From Coleofasciculus chthonoplastes F2-STO-03 (GTDB taxonomy: Bacteria; Cyanobacteriota; Cyanobacteriia; Cyanobacteriales; Coleofasciculaceae): a DNA stretch of 59,884 nucleotides. The notes below the pieces were generated by a model that saw only the letters and a program-made list of their open reading frames with translations, made no database searches and was not told where the DNA came from. The translations under genes and the position numbers were made by a program. Below are positions 38,303 to 47,912 of the stretch, piece after piece; position 1 is the first letter of the stretch, and each line of letters starts with the position of its first letter. The stretch covers positions 1-59,884 of the forward strand of contig JAVJWO010000045.1 in NCBI GenBank assembly GCA_040222015.1, in the 5' to 3' direction.

Positions 38303-39820
38303 ATGCTAAGTACGCTGATTGGGTTACCTGTTGTTGGTGCGATTATTATCGGGTTTTTGCCGGGAAAGGTGGCAAAAACACGACTCCGGGCGATTGCTTT
38401 AGCGGTGGCGACGGCGATTGTTCTGGTGACGTTGTGGTTAGCTACGAAGTTTGATATCACTTATTCCGGTTGGCAGTTTCAAGAGGAGTTAACCTGGATT
38501 CCTCAACTGGGATTATCCTACAAGTTAGGTGCGGATGGTTTATCGTTTCCGTTGCTGGCATTGGGGAGTTTGTTGAATTGGGTGGTTATTTTTAGTAGCC
38601 GCATTGATGTTGAACGAGTTCGCCTTAAATATGCGCTGATTTTGTTGGTGAATGCGGGAGTTACGGGGGCGTTTCTGTCACAGAATTTGTTGCTGTTTGT
38701 GCTGTTCTATGAATTGGTGTTGATTCCCTTGTATCTGTTAATTGCCATTTGGGGAGGAAGCAAGCGCGAATATGCGGCGATGAAGTTTCTTATCTATACC
38801 GCTGTGTCCGGAATTCTGATTCTGGCGGCGTTTTTGGGGATTACGTGGCTGAGTAATTCCACTAGCTTTAATTATGAGGCGATTCACACCCAAGGGTTAT
38901 CGTTAACGACTCAGTTGGTTCTGTTGACGATTTTGTTGGTGGGATTTGGGATTAAAATTCCCCTGGTTCCCTTACATACCTGGTTACCTGATGCTTATGT
39001 GGAAGCGTCGCCTGTGGTGGCGATTCTGTTAGGGGGAGTTGTGGCGAAGATGGGAACCTATGGGTTGGTACGCTATGGGTTACAATTGTTTCCCGAAACT
39101 TGGTCGTTGGTAGCGCCGGGATTGTCGGTTCTGGGCGTCGTGAGTGTATTGTATGGTGGGTTTAGTGCGATCGCGCAAAAAGATATTAAACGGATGGTGG
39201 CGTATAGTTCTATTGGTCACATGGGGTATATTGTTGTCGCGGCTGCGGCGTTAACCCCGTTGAGTCTTTTAGGGTGTGTGACTCAGATGGTGAGTCATGG
39301 GATTATTCTGGCGATTCTGTTTTATTTGGTTGGGGTGGTGGAAACCAAGGTGGGAACTCGCGAGTTGGATGTTTTGAATGGGTTGATGAATCCAACTCGG
39401 GGTTTACCGTTGGTGAGTGCACTGCTGATTTTAGGGGGAATGGCAAGTGCGGGGATTCCGGGTTTAGTTGGATTCGTGGCAGAGTTTTTGGTGTTTCAAG
39501 GGAGTTATTCAGTGTTTCCTTGGCAAACGATTTTATGTATTTTTGCGTCCGGGTTAACGGCGGTTTATTTTGTGATTCTGCTGAATCGGACCTGTTTTGG
39601 CAAGCTGGATAATCGTCAGGCTTACTATCCGAAAGTTCTCTGGAATGAACAGGCGCCCGCGATTATTTTGGCGGTGATTATTTTCTTCCTGGGAATTCAA
39701 CCAACTTGGTTGGTTCGGTGGACAGAAACAACCACAAATGCGATTGTTTCGGCGGTGCCAACTCAGGTTGATCAAGAAAATGTGGCGAGGGCGGATTCGT
39801 CATTCGTCATTCGTCATTAG
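38303..39820 (+). CDS. ndhD3: NDH-1 subunit D3 (NuoM-like)
   Basis: IKIPLVPLHTWLPDAY, DIKRMVAYSSIGHMG, LNRTCFGKL. Confidence 0.93.
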   Translation: MLSTLIGLPVVGAIIIGFLPGKVAKTRLRAIALAVATAIVLVTLWLATKFDITYSGWQFQEELTWIPQLGLSYKLGADGLSFPLLALGSLLNWVVIFSSRIDVERVRLKYALILLVNAGVTGAFLSQNLLLFVLFYELVLIPLYLLIAIWGGSKREYAAMKFLIYTAVSGILILAAFLGITWLSNSTSFNYEAIHTQGLSLTTQLVLLTILLVGFGIKIPLVPLHTWLPDAYVEASPVVAILLGGVVAKMGTYGLVRYGLQLFPETWSLVAPGLSVLGVVSVLYGGFSAIAQKDIKRMVAYSSIGHMGYIVVAAAALTPLSLLGCVTQMVSHGIILAILFYLVGVVETKVGTRELDVLNGLMNPTRGLPLVSALLILGGMASAGIPGLVGFVAEFLVFQGSYSVFPWQTILCIFASGLTAVYFVILLNRTCFGKLDNRQAYYPKVLWNEQAPAIILAVIIFFLGIQPTWLVRWTETTTNAIVSAVPTQVDQENVARADSSFVIRH

Positions 39821-39861
39821 TAATTAGTCACTTGTATAGAACTTACGCAAAGGCTCTATAT

Positions 39862-40046
39862 GTAGGGTGTGTTAGCGTAGCGTAACGCACCATTGCCAGT
39901 GAACAACGGGCGTATTTTGTAGCGAGGCTAGGGACAACAATCAATATATATTAATCCCAAAACCCGCCCCTACAGTGAACAACGGGCGGGTTTTGTAGCC
40001 AAGCTAGGGACAACAATCAATATTAATCCCAAAACCCGCCCCTACA
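39862..40046. repeat. REP cluster with a tandem ~75-bp duplication
   Basis: GTAGGGTGTGTTAGCGTAGCGTAACGCACC, then two copies of AGTGAACAACGGGCG...GGGACAACAATCAATAT..TTAATCCCAAAACCCGCCCCTACA. Confidence 0.85.
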
Positions 40047-40086
40047 CATTCAAAATTCAAAAGCCAACACTTAAACCGTTTTAACC

Positions 40087-41409
40087 ATGGTACAAACTCC
40101 AACAAAAACAGCAACAAAATTACCACCGTCTCAGCATGAATTTGCGGATATTGTTCATCGCTTAGAAGCTGGGGGGGCGATGGTTCCCGATACGCCAGAA
40201 AATCTGATGCAAATTATTGGCATCTGGAAGGCGTATGCGGTGCCAATGGATTTCTATTGGCGAGATTTGCTTTATATTGGGGAACGAGTCTTTTTGAATC
40301 CGTTTCCCTTCTTTAAGTATTTCCTGCCCAAAGACTATTTAGAACTGCATAATCATTACGCGGGAGATGATGCGGATTTACGGATTTGGCGGGGTCAAGC
40401 AACGGCGCATCCGGAACTGATGGCGTTTATTGAGAAAGGGGAAACCCAGAAAATGCCCAAGTTATTCCATCACTTGTGGCATGACCGGATTAATATGGAG
40501 TTTGCTGAAGCCTGTATGCGGGCTATGCTTTGGCATCGACAGATGTACGCCCCGGTGAATCAGTTTGATCCGTATCTGGATACCCAGGAATATAAGGACA
40601 ATGCGAATCGGGCAATTGAGGCGTATTTTAAAGGAAATCCTGTGATGCTGGGATGGCATAAGCTGTTCCCAGAGATGTTTATCGAACAATGTCGTCAGGC
40701 GTCCTATTATAGTCTTTTGGGGCTATTCTGGGAAGTAATGGCACCGGTGTTCTTTGAGGTATCTGATCTCTACGATGAAGGAAAAATCACCTCTGTCCCC
40801 GAAGCGATGAACTTTTTGGTGAATGGCATATTCGCGATCGCGGGTCGTCCGATCTATCATCATCTGTATGTCAAAGGGGAATGCTATGAGGTGATTCCCA
40901 AGTCCAAGGGGTTTACCTGGCTGTATGAAGCGGCGCTTCCTTATGTGGAGTCGGTATTCTATCGGACTGCACCCTTTAGGGGGACGAAGTCCTATAATGC
41001 CCAAGCGGGGGAAGTACCCAGTGATCAGAAAGACTTCCATTATGGGGTGCTCTATGCGGATAAATTCCCGGTGGGTTCGGCGGGAGTTCCCCCCACATTA
41101 CTGATGCAGGATATGTTACATTTCTTACCTCCTTATCTGCAAGCCTTCTATGAAAAGCGCTGTCGCCGTGAAAGTGATATCCTGAATCAAATTGGCGTAA
41201 CCTTTCAGCGATCGATGTATTGTGTGACATCGGCGGTATTTCAGGCGTTACGAACGGCACTGTTGTATCCCTTAGATGACCCGAATCCGAAGCATTTGCA
41301 GGCGAATCGAGCCTTTTTTGAAGCGCAATTAGACCGATTCTGTCGTCCAGAGTACGGAATGCGGGATGCGGCGCGGTTAGGGTATATTCAGACTGCCGAT
41401 TATCGGTAA
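40087..41409 (+). CDS. cupA: CO2 hydration protein CupA (ChpY)
   Basis: 440 aa; RLEAGG, HHLWHDRINMEFAEAC, GTKSYNAQA, PPTLLMQDM.H.LP. Confidence 0.95.
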   Translation: MVQTPTKTATKLPPSQHEFADIVHRLEAGGAMVPDTPENLMQIIGIWKAYAVPMDFYWRDLLYIGERVFLNPFPFFKYFLPKDYLELHNHYAGDDADLRIWRGQATAHPELMAFIEKGETQKMPKLFHHLWHDRINMEFAEACMRAMLWHRQMYAPVNQFDPYLDTQEYKDNANRAIEAYFKGNPVMLGWHKLFPEMFIEQCRQASYYSLLGLFWEVMAPVFFEVSDLYDEGKITSVPEAMNFLVNGIFAIAGRPIYHHLYVKGECYEVIPKSKGFTWLYEAALPYVESVFYRTAPFRGTKSYNAQAGEVPSDQKDFHYGVLYADKFPVGSAGVPPTLLMQDMLHFLPPYLQAFYEKRCRRESDILNQIGVTFQRSMYCVTSAVFQALRTALLYPLDDPNPKHLQANRAFFEAQLDRFCRPEYGMRDAARLGYIQTADYR

Positions 41410-41674
41410 TATTGGTTTGAACAATTACCAGATCCCCGATTTCTTTGAGAAATAGGGGATCTAACTATATAAATATGCCCATAGATATAGGCAAAAAAAC
41501 TTAAAATCTGCATTTTCCAGTTTAAAACGGATTAAGGTTACTCTGAATAAGACCGAATAGTATAAGAAGAGTAGAGGGGCTGGTGTCATCCTACAGCCAA
41601 GCTTCTACAATCTAAACTAAGATACTCGCATCGAGTTTGAGTCATTACAGATTTGGTCAGAAGGAGTTAAACCT

Positions 41675-44600
41675 ATGAAAAATGAAGAAAATGAACCCGA
41701 CACCCTTCTGGCTCAAATTGTGGCATTACAACAACAAGTGGGCGAGTTGGAGGACAAGGTTAATCACTATGAACAGCAACTGGCGCAGGAACGAGAAACG
41801 CGCCAGCTTGAAGTTGGCTTACATCTGGCTAACGAAGGATTCCAATTCGCCGCCCGAGCCGTGAATGCGCTCATTTATGATTGGCAGATGACCAAGAATC
41901 GGGTAGAACGCACCGATGGACTCACCAGCATTTTAGGCTATTCCCTCAGCGAAGCCAAACCCACCTGTGACTGGTGGCGCGATCGCATTCATCCAGATGA
42001 TGTGGAACGAATGGCTCAGGAGACAGCAACAGCGTTGAGTCAGGGGGATTCCTATCAAATCGAATATCGGGTTCTGCACAAAAACAACCACTACATTCAT
42101 ATCTTGGATCAAGGACTGGTGGTTGCACGAGACAATCAAGGAAATCCGGTTCGGGTGATTGGTAGCACCATCGATATTAGCGATCGCAAACAAATAGAAG
42201 CCGCCTTACGGGAGAGAGAACAGCGCTTCAGCACATTATTTAATGGCATGGAAGATTGGGTACTCGTTTATCCCCTCACGGCTGACAATCAACCAGGACA
42301 ATTAATTGAGGTGAATGAACAAGCCTGTAAACGGTTAGGCTATAGCCGACAAGAACTCCTCACCCTATCGGTTGCGGATGTAGTGGACTTCCCCTTAGCT
42401 GATTTTAACCTCAGTTTCCAGAAATTGTTGCAAGAGAAACGAGTGGTTGTCGAATCAGTACATCGCACCAAAGACGGTCAAAAAATTCCCGTTGAAGTCA
42501 GTTCCACCCTATTTATGCTGGATGGTTTGCCCACCGTTCAATCCATCTGTCGAGACATTACTGAACGTAAACAGGAAAAGACAGCCCTACGCCGCAGTGA
42601 AGAACGATTTCGGGTTGCCCAAAATCTTTCCTTAGATGGGTTTACTATTCTAAAAAGCCTTCGCAATCCTGCCGGAAAAGTCATTGATTTTGAGTGGATC
42701 TATGTCAATCCCATGGCGGCAAAAATGCTACATCATTCGGTTTCCGAGTTAGTCGGTCAACGCCTACTTAATATCCTGCCGGGAAATCAAACCAATAGTG
42801 ACTTATTTGAGCGCTATGTCAACGTCGTAGAAACCGGAGAACCCCATGATATCGAAGTGCGCTACGAATCCGAGGTAATTGTTGGCTGGTTTCGCAACAT
42901 GGCAGTCAAGTTAGACGATAGCGTCGCCATTTCCTTTAGCGATATTACGGAACAAAAACAAGCCGAGTTAGCACTGCGGAAAAGTGAAACCGTTCTCAAT
43001 GCCTTTATTGCCAGTTCCCCCATTGGCATGGCATTTTTTGACTGTGACTTACGCTATCTCTATGCCAATGAAGCCTTAGCAACGACGAATGGCGTTCCCC
43101 TAAGTCAACATTTAGGTCGTACTCTTTGGCAGGTTGTGCCACAGATGGCATCTGAATTTGCCCCCATGCTGCATCAGATTTTACAGACTCGGCAACCGAG
43201 GCTGAACTTTGAGTTTAGTTGTGAAGTCCAACCGGGTGTTTATCGCCATGCTTTAGCCAATCACTTCCCCGTTTGCTTACCCGATGGTGAACTATTGGGA
43301 GTCGGTGTCGCGGTTATGGATATCACTGAACTCAAGCGGGTAGAAGCCGCCTTACGCATGAGTGAAGCCTTTGCCCACGCTAGAGTGCAAGAGTTAGAAA
43401 CCTTAATGGAAATTACCCCTGCGGCACTTTGGATTGCCCATGATCCCGACTGTCATCAGATGACGGCTAACCGAACGGCGTACAATTTAATGCGGATGCC
43501 ACTAGGTTCAGTGACAACTGCAACTCCTGTTGAGGGTTCCTATCCCCTGCCCTTTAAACAATATAAAAACGGACAAGAATATCTCTCCCAAGACTTACCG
43601 ATGCAGCGTGCAGCCAGAACCGGGCAAGAGGTGATTGATGAAATAGAATTTGTCTTTGAGGATGGCACAGTGCGCTTCATCTATGGCAAAGCCATTCCCC
43701 TACGACAGGAATCCGGTGAGGTGCGCGGCGTGATTGGTGCATTTGTGGATATCACCGAACGCAAACAGGCAGAACGGGAGCATGAACAACTTCTAGCACG
43801 AGAACGCGCCGCCCGTAAAGAGGCGGAGTCTGCGAACCGGATTAAAGATGAATTTCTGGCGATTTTGTCTCATGAGTTGCGTTCTCCCCTGAATCCTATC
43901 CTAGGATGGACAAAGTTACTCCGCACTCGTCAGTTCGATCCAGCCGCAACCGATAAGGCATTGGCAACCATTGAACGCAATGCCACGATTCAAATTCAGT
44001 TAGTGGATGACTTACTCGATGTTGCCCGAATTCTGCGCGGAAAAGTTGTCTTAACTCGTCACCGCGTTGATTTAGCGATCACAATTAAAGCGGCGATTGA
44101 GACAGTGCAGTTGGCGGCGGAGGCGAAATCGATTCAAATTCAGACTCATTTTATCAGTAAGGTGGGTTTGGTTGAGGGTGATTCTGGGCGGTTACAACAA
44201 GTGGTGTGGAATTTACTCTCCAACGCGGTTAAGTTTACTCCATCCGGGGGACAGGTTGAGGTGACATTGATGGCGGTGGATGATTTTGCCCAGATTACGG
44301 TAAGCGATACAGGTATCGGAATCTCTGCCGATATTCTTCCTCATATTTTCGACTATTTCCGTCAGGCGGATAGTTCCATGACTCGCCAATTTGGGGGATT
44401 AGGATTAGGACTCGCGATCGCACGTCATCTTGTGGATTTACATGGTGGCATAATCCAGGCAGAAAGCCCAGGGGAAGGACAGGGGGCAACGTTTACTGTC
44501 AGATTAGCCCTACTCCCGGATAAAAAGCAACGAATCAGACCTAACACTCATGATTGTCAGGGAACGTCCAATACCACTCCTCTGAAGGGGATACGCATCT

Positions 44601-44965
44601 TAGTTGTCGATGATGAGCCAGACACACGAGAACTAATTGGGATTATCTTACAACAAGTTGGAGCAGAAGTGATCACAATGGCATCGGCACAGGAGGTATT
44701 ATCCCAATTTAATCAGTTAACCCTGGATATCCTGGTGAGTGACATTGGTATGCCCCAGATGGATGGGTATGGTTTACTGCAACAGATTCGGGGCATGTCC
44801 TCAACCCAAGCCCAGATACCTGCGATCGCATTAACAGCGTATGCAGGGGAATCCAATCAGCAAAAAGCCCTAGCCGCCGGATTTCAGCAGCATCTGGCAA
44901 AGCCTATTGACCCCAATGATTTGATCCAAGCGATCGCCCGGTTAGTTGAACAGAGAAATAAATGA
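41675..44965 (+). CDS. Hybrid sensor histidine kinase (about 5 PAS domains, HisKA, HATPase, receiver)
   Basis: PAS/PAC ends (DISDRK, DITERK), SHELRSPL, NAVKFT, GGLGLGL, VDDEPD..SDIGMP..KP. Confidence 0.96.
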   Translation: MKNEENEPDTLLAQIVALQQQVGELEDKVNHYEQQLAQERETRQLEVGLHLANEGFQFAARAVNALIYDWQMTKNRVERTDGLTSILGYSLSEAKPTCDWWRDRIHPDDVERMAQETATALSQGDSYQIEYRVLHKNNHYIHILDQGLVVARDNQGNPVRVIGSTIDISDRKQIEAALREREQRFSTLFNGMEDWVLVYPLTADNQPGQLIEVNEQACKRLGYSRQELLTLSVADVVDFPLADFNLSFQKLLQEKRVVVESVHRTKDGQKIPVEVSSTLFMLDGLPTVQSICRDITERKQEKTALRRSEERFRVAQNLSLDGFTILKSLRNPAGKVIDFEWIYVNPMAAKMLHHSVSELVGQRLLNILPGNQTNSDLFERYVNVVETGEPHDIEVRYESEVIVGWFRNMAVKLDDSVAISFSDITEQKQAELALRKSETVLNAFIASSPIGMAFFDCDLRYLYANEALATTNGVPLSQHLGRTLWQVVPQMASEFAPMLHQILQTRQPRLNFEFSCEVQPGVYRHALANHFPVCLPDGELLGVGVAVMDITELKRVEAALRMSEAFAHARVQELETLMEITPAALWIAHDPDCHQMTANRTAYNLMRMPLGSVTTATPVEGSYPLPFKQYKNGQEYLSQDLPMQRAARTGQEVIDEIEFVFEDGTVRFIYGKAIPLRQESGEVRGVIGAFVDITERKQAEREHEQLLARERAARKEAESANRIKDEFLAILSHELRSPLNPILGWTKLLRTRQFDPAATDKALATIERNATIQIQLVDDLLDVARILRGKVVLTRHRVDLAITIKAAIETVQLAAEAKSIQIQTHFISKVGLVEGDSGRLQQVVWNLLSNAVKFTPSGGQVEVTLMAVDDFAQITVSDTGIGISADILPHIFDYFRQADSSMTRQFGGLGLGLAIARHLVDLHGGIIQAESPGEGQGATFTVRLALLPDKKQRIRPNTHDCQGTSNTTPLKGIRILVVDDEPDTRELIGIILQQVGAEVITMASAQEVLSQFNQLTLDILVSDIGMPQMDGYGLLQQIRGMSSTQAQIPAIALTAYAGESNQQKALAAGFQQHLAKPIDPNDLIQAIARLVEQRNK

Positions 44966-44980
44966 GTTTTTTACCTTAAT

Positions 44981-45096
44981 TAAGTAGGTGGACACAATAA
45001 AAGCTAAGTAGTCGGACTTTCATTAAAGTTAACAGTTGAGATTAGGCAACAGGCAACAGGCAACAGGCAACAGTAAGGGTTTGAGGTTTGTTAACA
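44981..45096. repeat. MITE-like remnant with AGGCAAC heptamer repeats
   Basis: Begins TAAGTAGGTGG (shared with 55373); AGGCAAC x4 at about 45044-45071. Confidence 0.6.
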
Positions 45097-45438
45097 TTTC
45101 TTAATAAAAAAACAGCTCTCCCTGAGGGGGAGTTTTTGTGTTTTTATGAATGATTTAACTTCACAAAAGCTTTATAGAAAGTTCATTTAAGCTTTATTGA
45201 TCTCCGAAAAAATACGGTTATAGTTAAATTGTGGTCAGAGAAAAGCAGCAAAACGAACATCAAAATCACAGTCGTTTACGCAATTTCTCGGAGACTATAC
45301 CCTAGCCAAAACTCCCAAAGGGAGACGGCGCTGATCCATTTTATACCAGCACAGTAAAGGTTTTAAAATACTTGAAAACTGGAAATTGGTCAGGATAATT
45401 TCGCCAAAAAATCGTAACCATTTTACACAAAAAAAGCA

Positions 45439-46929
45439 ATGTCTAATCCTATCAATGACAACTTTGTAGATAGCATTCAATTAAGCGGTGCTTCAGTCAG
45501 TACCACAGGAACCAGTGTGGGAGCCACTGGGGAGATAGGTGAACCCTCTCAAAGTGGAAGTACTGATTCAGTCTGGTGGTCTTGGACAGCACCTTCATCG
45601 GGTCAATTCACGATTGATACAAATGGCAGTAACTACGACACTTACTTGAGCGTCTTTACAGGTAACGCTGTTAACAGCTTAACCACAGTTGCTCAAAATG
45701 ATGACGGTGGTATTGGCTTCCAAAGTGAAGTTTTACTGAATGCAACTGCTGGCGAAACCTATCACATTGCCGTTGATGGTTTCAGCAGCAACGAAGGCTC
45801 GATTGATCTCAACATTAATGCTGTGCAACTACCAGTCAATGATAATTTTGCGGATAGAATTCGCGTCACTGGTGCCGCCGTTGCAGTTGAAGGAACGAAC
45901 GAATATGCTACTGGGGAAGCAGGTGAACCAAGTCAATCCGGTACACTCAACTCATCGTGGTGGACTTGGAGAGCGCCCGCTGATGGTGTAGTGACGATAG
46001 ATACAAATGGTAGTAATTATGATACCTATCTCAGTACCTTTACTGGCAACGCCGTCGATGGATTAACCACAGTTGCACAAAATGATGATGGTGGTATTGG
46101 TTTACAAAGCCAAGTAAGCTTTGCCGTTGAAGCTGGACAAACTTATCAGATTGCTGTCGATGGATTCAGTAGTAGTCAAGGCGCAATTGATCTGAATATA
46201 AATTTACCTTTAAACTACACCCAAGTTGGCACCTCAGCGAACGAACAACTGAATGGAACTGGCGCAAACGATATCATCGCCGGACTCGGAGGAAATGACC
46301 AAATCAACGGTAATGGTGGTCATGATTATCTTGAAGGTAACGGCGGTAATGACACCATCGCAGGCGGTTCTCTGAGTGATTATATTGATGGCGGTGCTGA
46401 TAACGACCTTCTCTACGGTAACGGCGGCGGCGATGAAATCTTCGGTAAAGGTGGCGATGATGGTTTATATGGTAGTTCTGCTACGGATTATCTCGATGGT
46501 GGTAATGGTGATGACACCCTTTACGGAAATGGCGGTAGAGATACCCTTATCGGTGGTCGTGGTGATGACTTAATCTACGGTGGTTCATGCCCTGATTATA
46601 TTCTCGGTGGCGAGGGCGACGACATCATTTACGCCAATGGTGCCAACAATGGCGCTGACTACATTGATAGTGGTGTTGGCAATGATACCATCTGGCTGGG
46701 TAACGGTGATGCCGAGGTTGTCCTCTCAGAAGGAGCTGGATACGATGTGATTAATAACTTCCAGCTTGGTCAGACTTCTCTAATCGTCAGTGATGTTAGT
46801 GCGTTGAGTTTCGCTGATAGTGCAAATGGTGCCCAAATCTATCAAGGCAGCGACTTGTTAGCCACCGTGAGTTGGCAGTCTGCTAGCACATTTGCCAATA
46901 ACACGAATGACATCTTTGTCGCCGCCTAG
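45439..46929 (+). CDS. Secreted RTX Ca-binding protein with two PPC-like beta-sandwich repeats
   Basis: Two NDNF...GEP...SVWW.W.AP...DTNGSNYDTYL...NDD...YHIAVDGF domains, then GGxGxD nonapeptide repeats; no N-terminal signal (type I secretion substrate). Confidence 0.88.
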   Translation: MSNPINDNFVDSIQLSGASVSTTGTSVGATGEIGEPSQSGSTDSVWWSWTAPSSGQFTIDTNGSNYDTYLSVFTGNAVNSLTTVAQNDDGGIGFQSEVLLNATAGETYHIAVDGFSSNEGSIDLNINAVQLPVNDNFADRIRVTGAAVAVEGTNEYATGEAGEPSQSGTLNSSWWTWRAPADGVVTIDTNGSNYDTYLSTFTGNAVDGLTTVAQNDDGGIGLQSQVSFAVEAGQTYQIAVDGFSSSQGAIDLNINLPLNYTQVGTSANEQLNGTGANDIIAGLGGNDQINGNGGHDYLEGNGGNDTIAGGSLSDYIDGGADNDLLYGNGGGDEIFGKGGDDGLYGSSATDYLDGGNGDDTLYGNGGRDTLIGGRGDDLIYGGSCPDYILGGEGDDIIYANGANNGADYIDSGVGNDTIWLGNGDAEVVLSEGAGYDVINNFQLGQTSLIVSDVSALSFADSANGAQIYQGSDLLATVSWQSASTFANNTNDIFVAA

Positions 46930-46988
46930 ATATTTCGTCTGATGTTTTAGTCTTTCTTAGTCTGCATATTAGTCTAATCGAACCAAGC

Positions 46989-47019
46989 GGGAGATGCAAC
47001 GTATCTCCCAATTTTTTTT
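46989..47019 (+). terminator. Intrinsic terminator
   Basis: GGGAGATGC-AAC-GTATCTCCC hairpin followed by a T-run. Confidence 0.65.
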
Positions 47020-47171
47020 GTCAGAGTCGTACATAGCACTTTTCATCACTCAGCAATTTCATGATTATTACTAAGATAGGCTTCCACAGCGTCTTGGTGT
47101 CGGAGATAATAAACAATTGTGGTATAAACATCAGTTGTTGTTATCACTGGCACAAAAACCTTTACTCATAA

Positions 47172-47708
47172 CAGCTTTGTCAGTATACCGGATTTCCGGC
47201 GGAATGGTTGTTTGTTGATCCAGAGGCTCAATTGCATCGCCAGCTTAACCTCTATCCTGGGTTAAATTTCAAACTTCCGGGACTCTCTACCACGCAAACA
47301 GCCTGGTTAAATCTACTTTTAATGTGTGCGGGGATTGGTAGCCCAGGTACACTCGCCGAAGTGTTTCGCGGTTATCGGGGCGATCGCAACGCACCTCAGC
47401 TTATTGGCGATGAGGAAGTTGTCAAGGCGAAACCCTTACCCCCTCTCAAAGGCTCATTTTTTCAATTCGCTGGCGGAAGTGGATATCAGCGCCCCTTTGA
47501 ACTCGCCACTTTGAGACTACGGAATATGGTAGAAGTGTTAAGCCATTGGAAAACCTATGTCCCCAATCCCGCTTATATGACACAGCGAGGTGCAACCTTC
47601 CTATTTGACGCAGACGGGAAGCTACTGTATGAACATCGCGATCGCGGAATACTCGGCTTTGCTGCCAACATGAGCCGCCCCTTATCATTTTTAGATGAAA
47701 TAGGGTAA
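47172..47708 (+). pseudogene. 5'-truncated AhpC/TSA-like (peroxiredoxin-like) gene
   Basis: Open frame QLCQYTGFPAEWLFVDP...CAGIGSPGTL.EVFRGY...RPFELATLRL.NM...TQRGATF starts directly after a stop with no start codon; N-terminus missing. Confidence 0.7.
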
Positions 47709-47795
47709 AAGGGTAAAAGGGTAGAAGGGTAGCTCGCATCGATTCCGGAATACAAGTACAGACAATTGGTGATTGAGTAAGAAAGAAAGTTTTAT

Positions 47796-47887
47796 GTAGG
47801 AGCTGGTTTTACTATTATCATTTTTTACCTCACCCAGATGTGACTAAACCCGCCCCGATGTAGAGACGTAGCATGCTACGTCTCTAC
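47796..47887. repeat. Adjacent REPs of two families
   Basis: GTAGGAGCTGGTTT...AAACCCGCCCC and GTAGAGACGTAGCATGCTACGTCTCTAC. Confidence 0.8.
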
Positions 47888-47912
47888 ACTCCTTTAAAGA
47901 TATACCTGAATC

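Noticed and set aside
41410..41674. cupS expected after cupA
   Set aside because: No fasciclin-like ORF is present; its location varies among cyanobacteria, so absence here is unremarkable.
45240..45335. c-di-GMP-I or glutamine riboswitch upstream of the RTX gene
   Set aside because: Only scattered motif fragments (GCAAA, ACGCAA, GAGACGG) without the required stems or tetraloop; an Infernal search would be needed to revive it.
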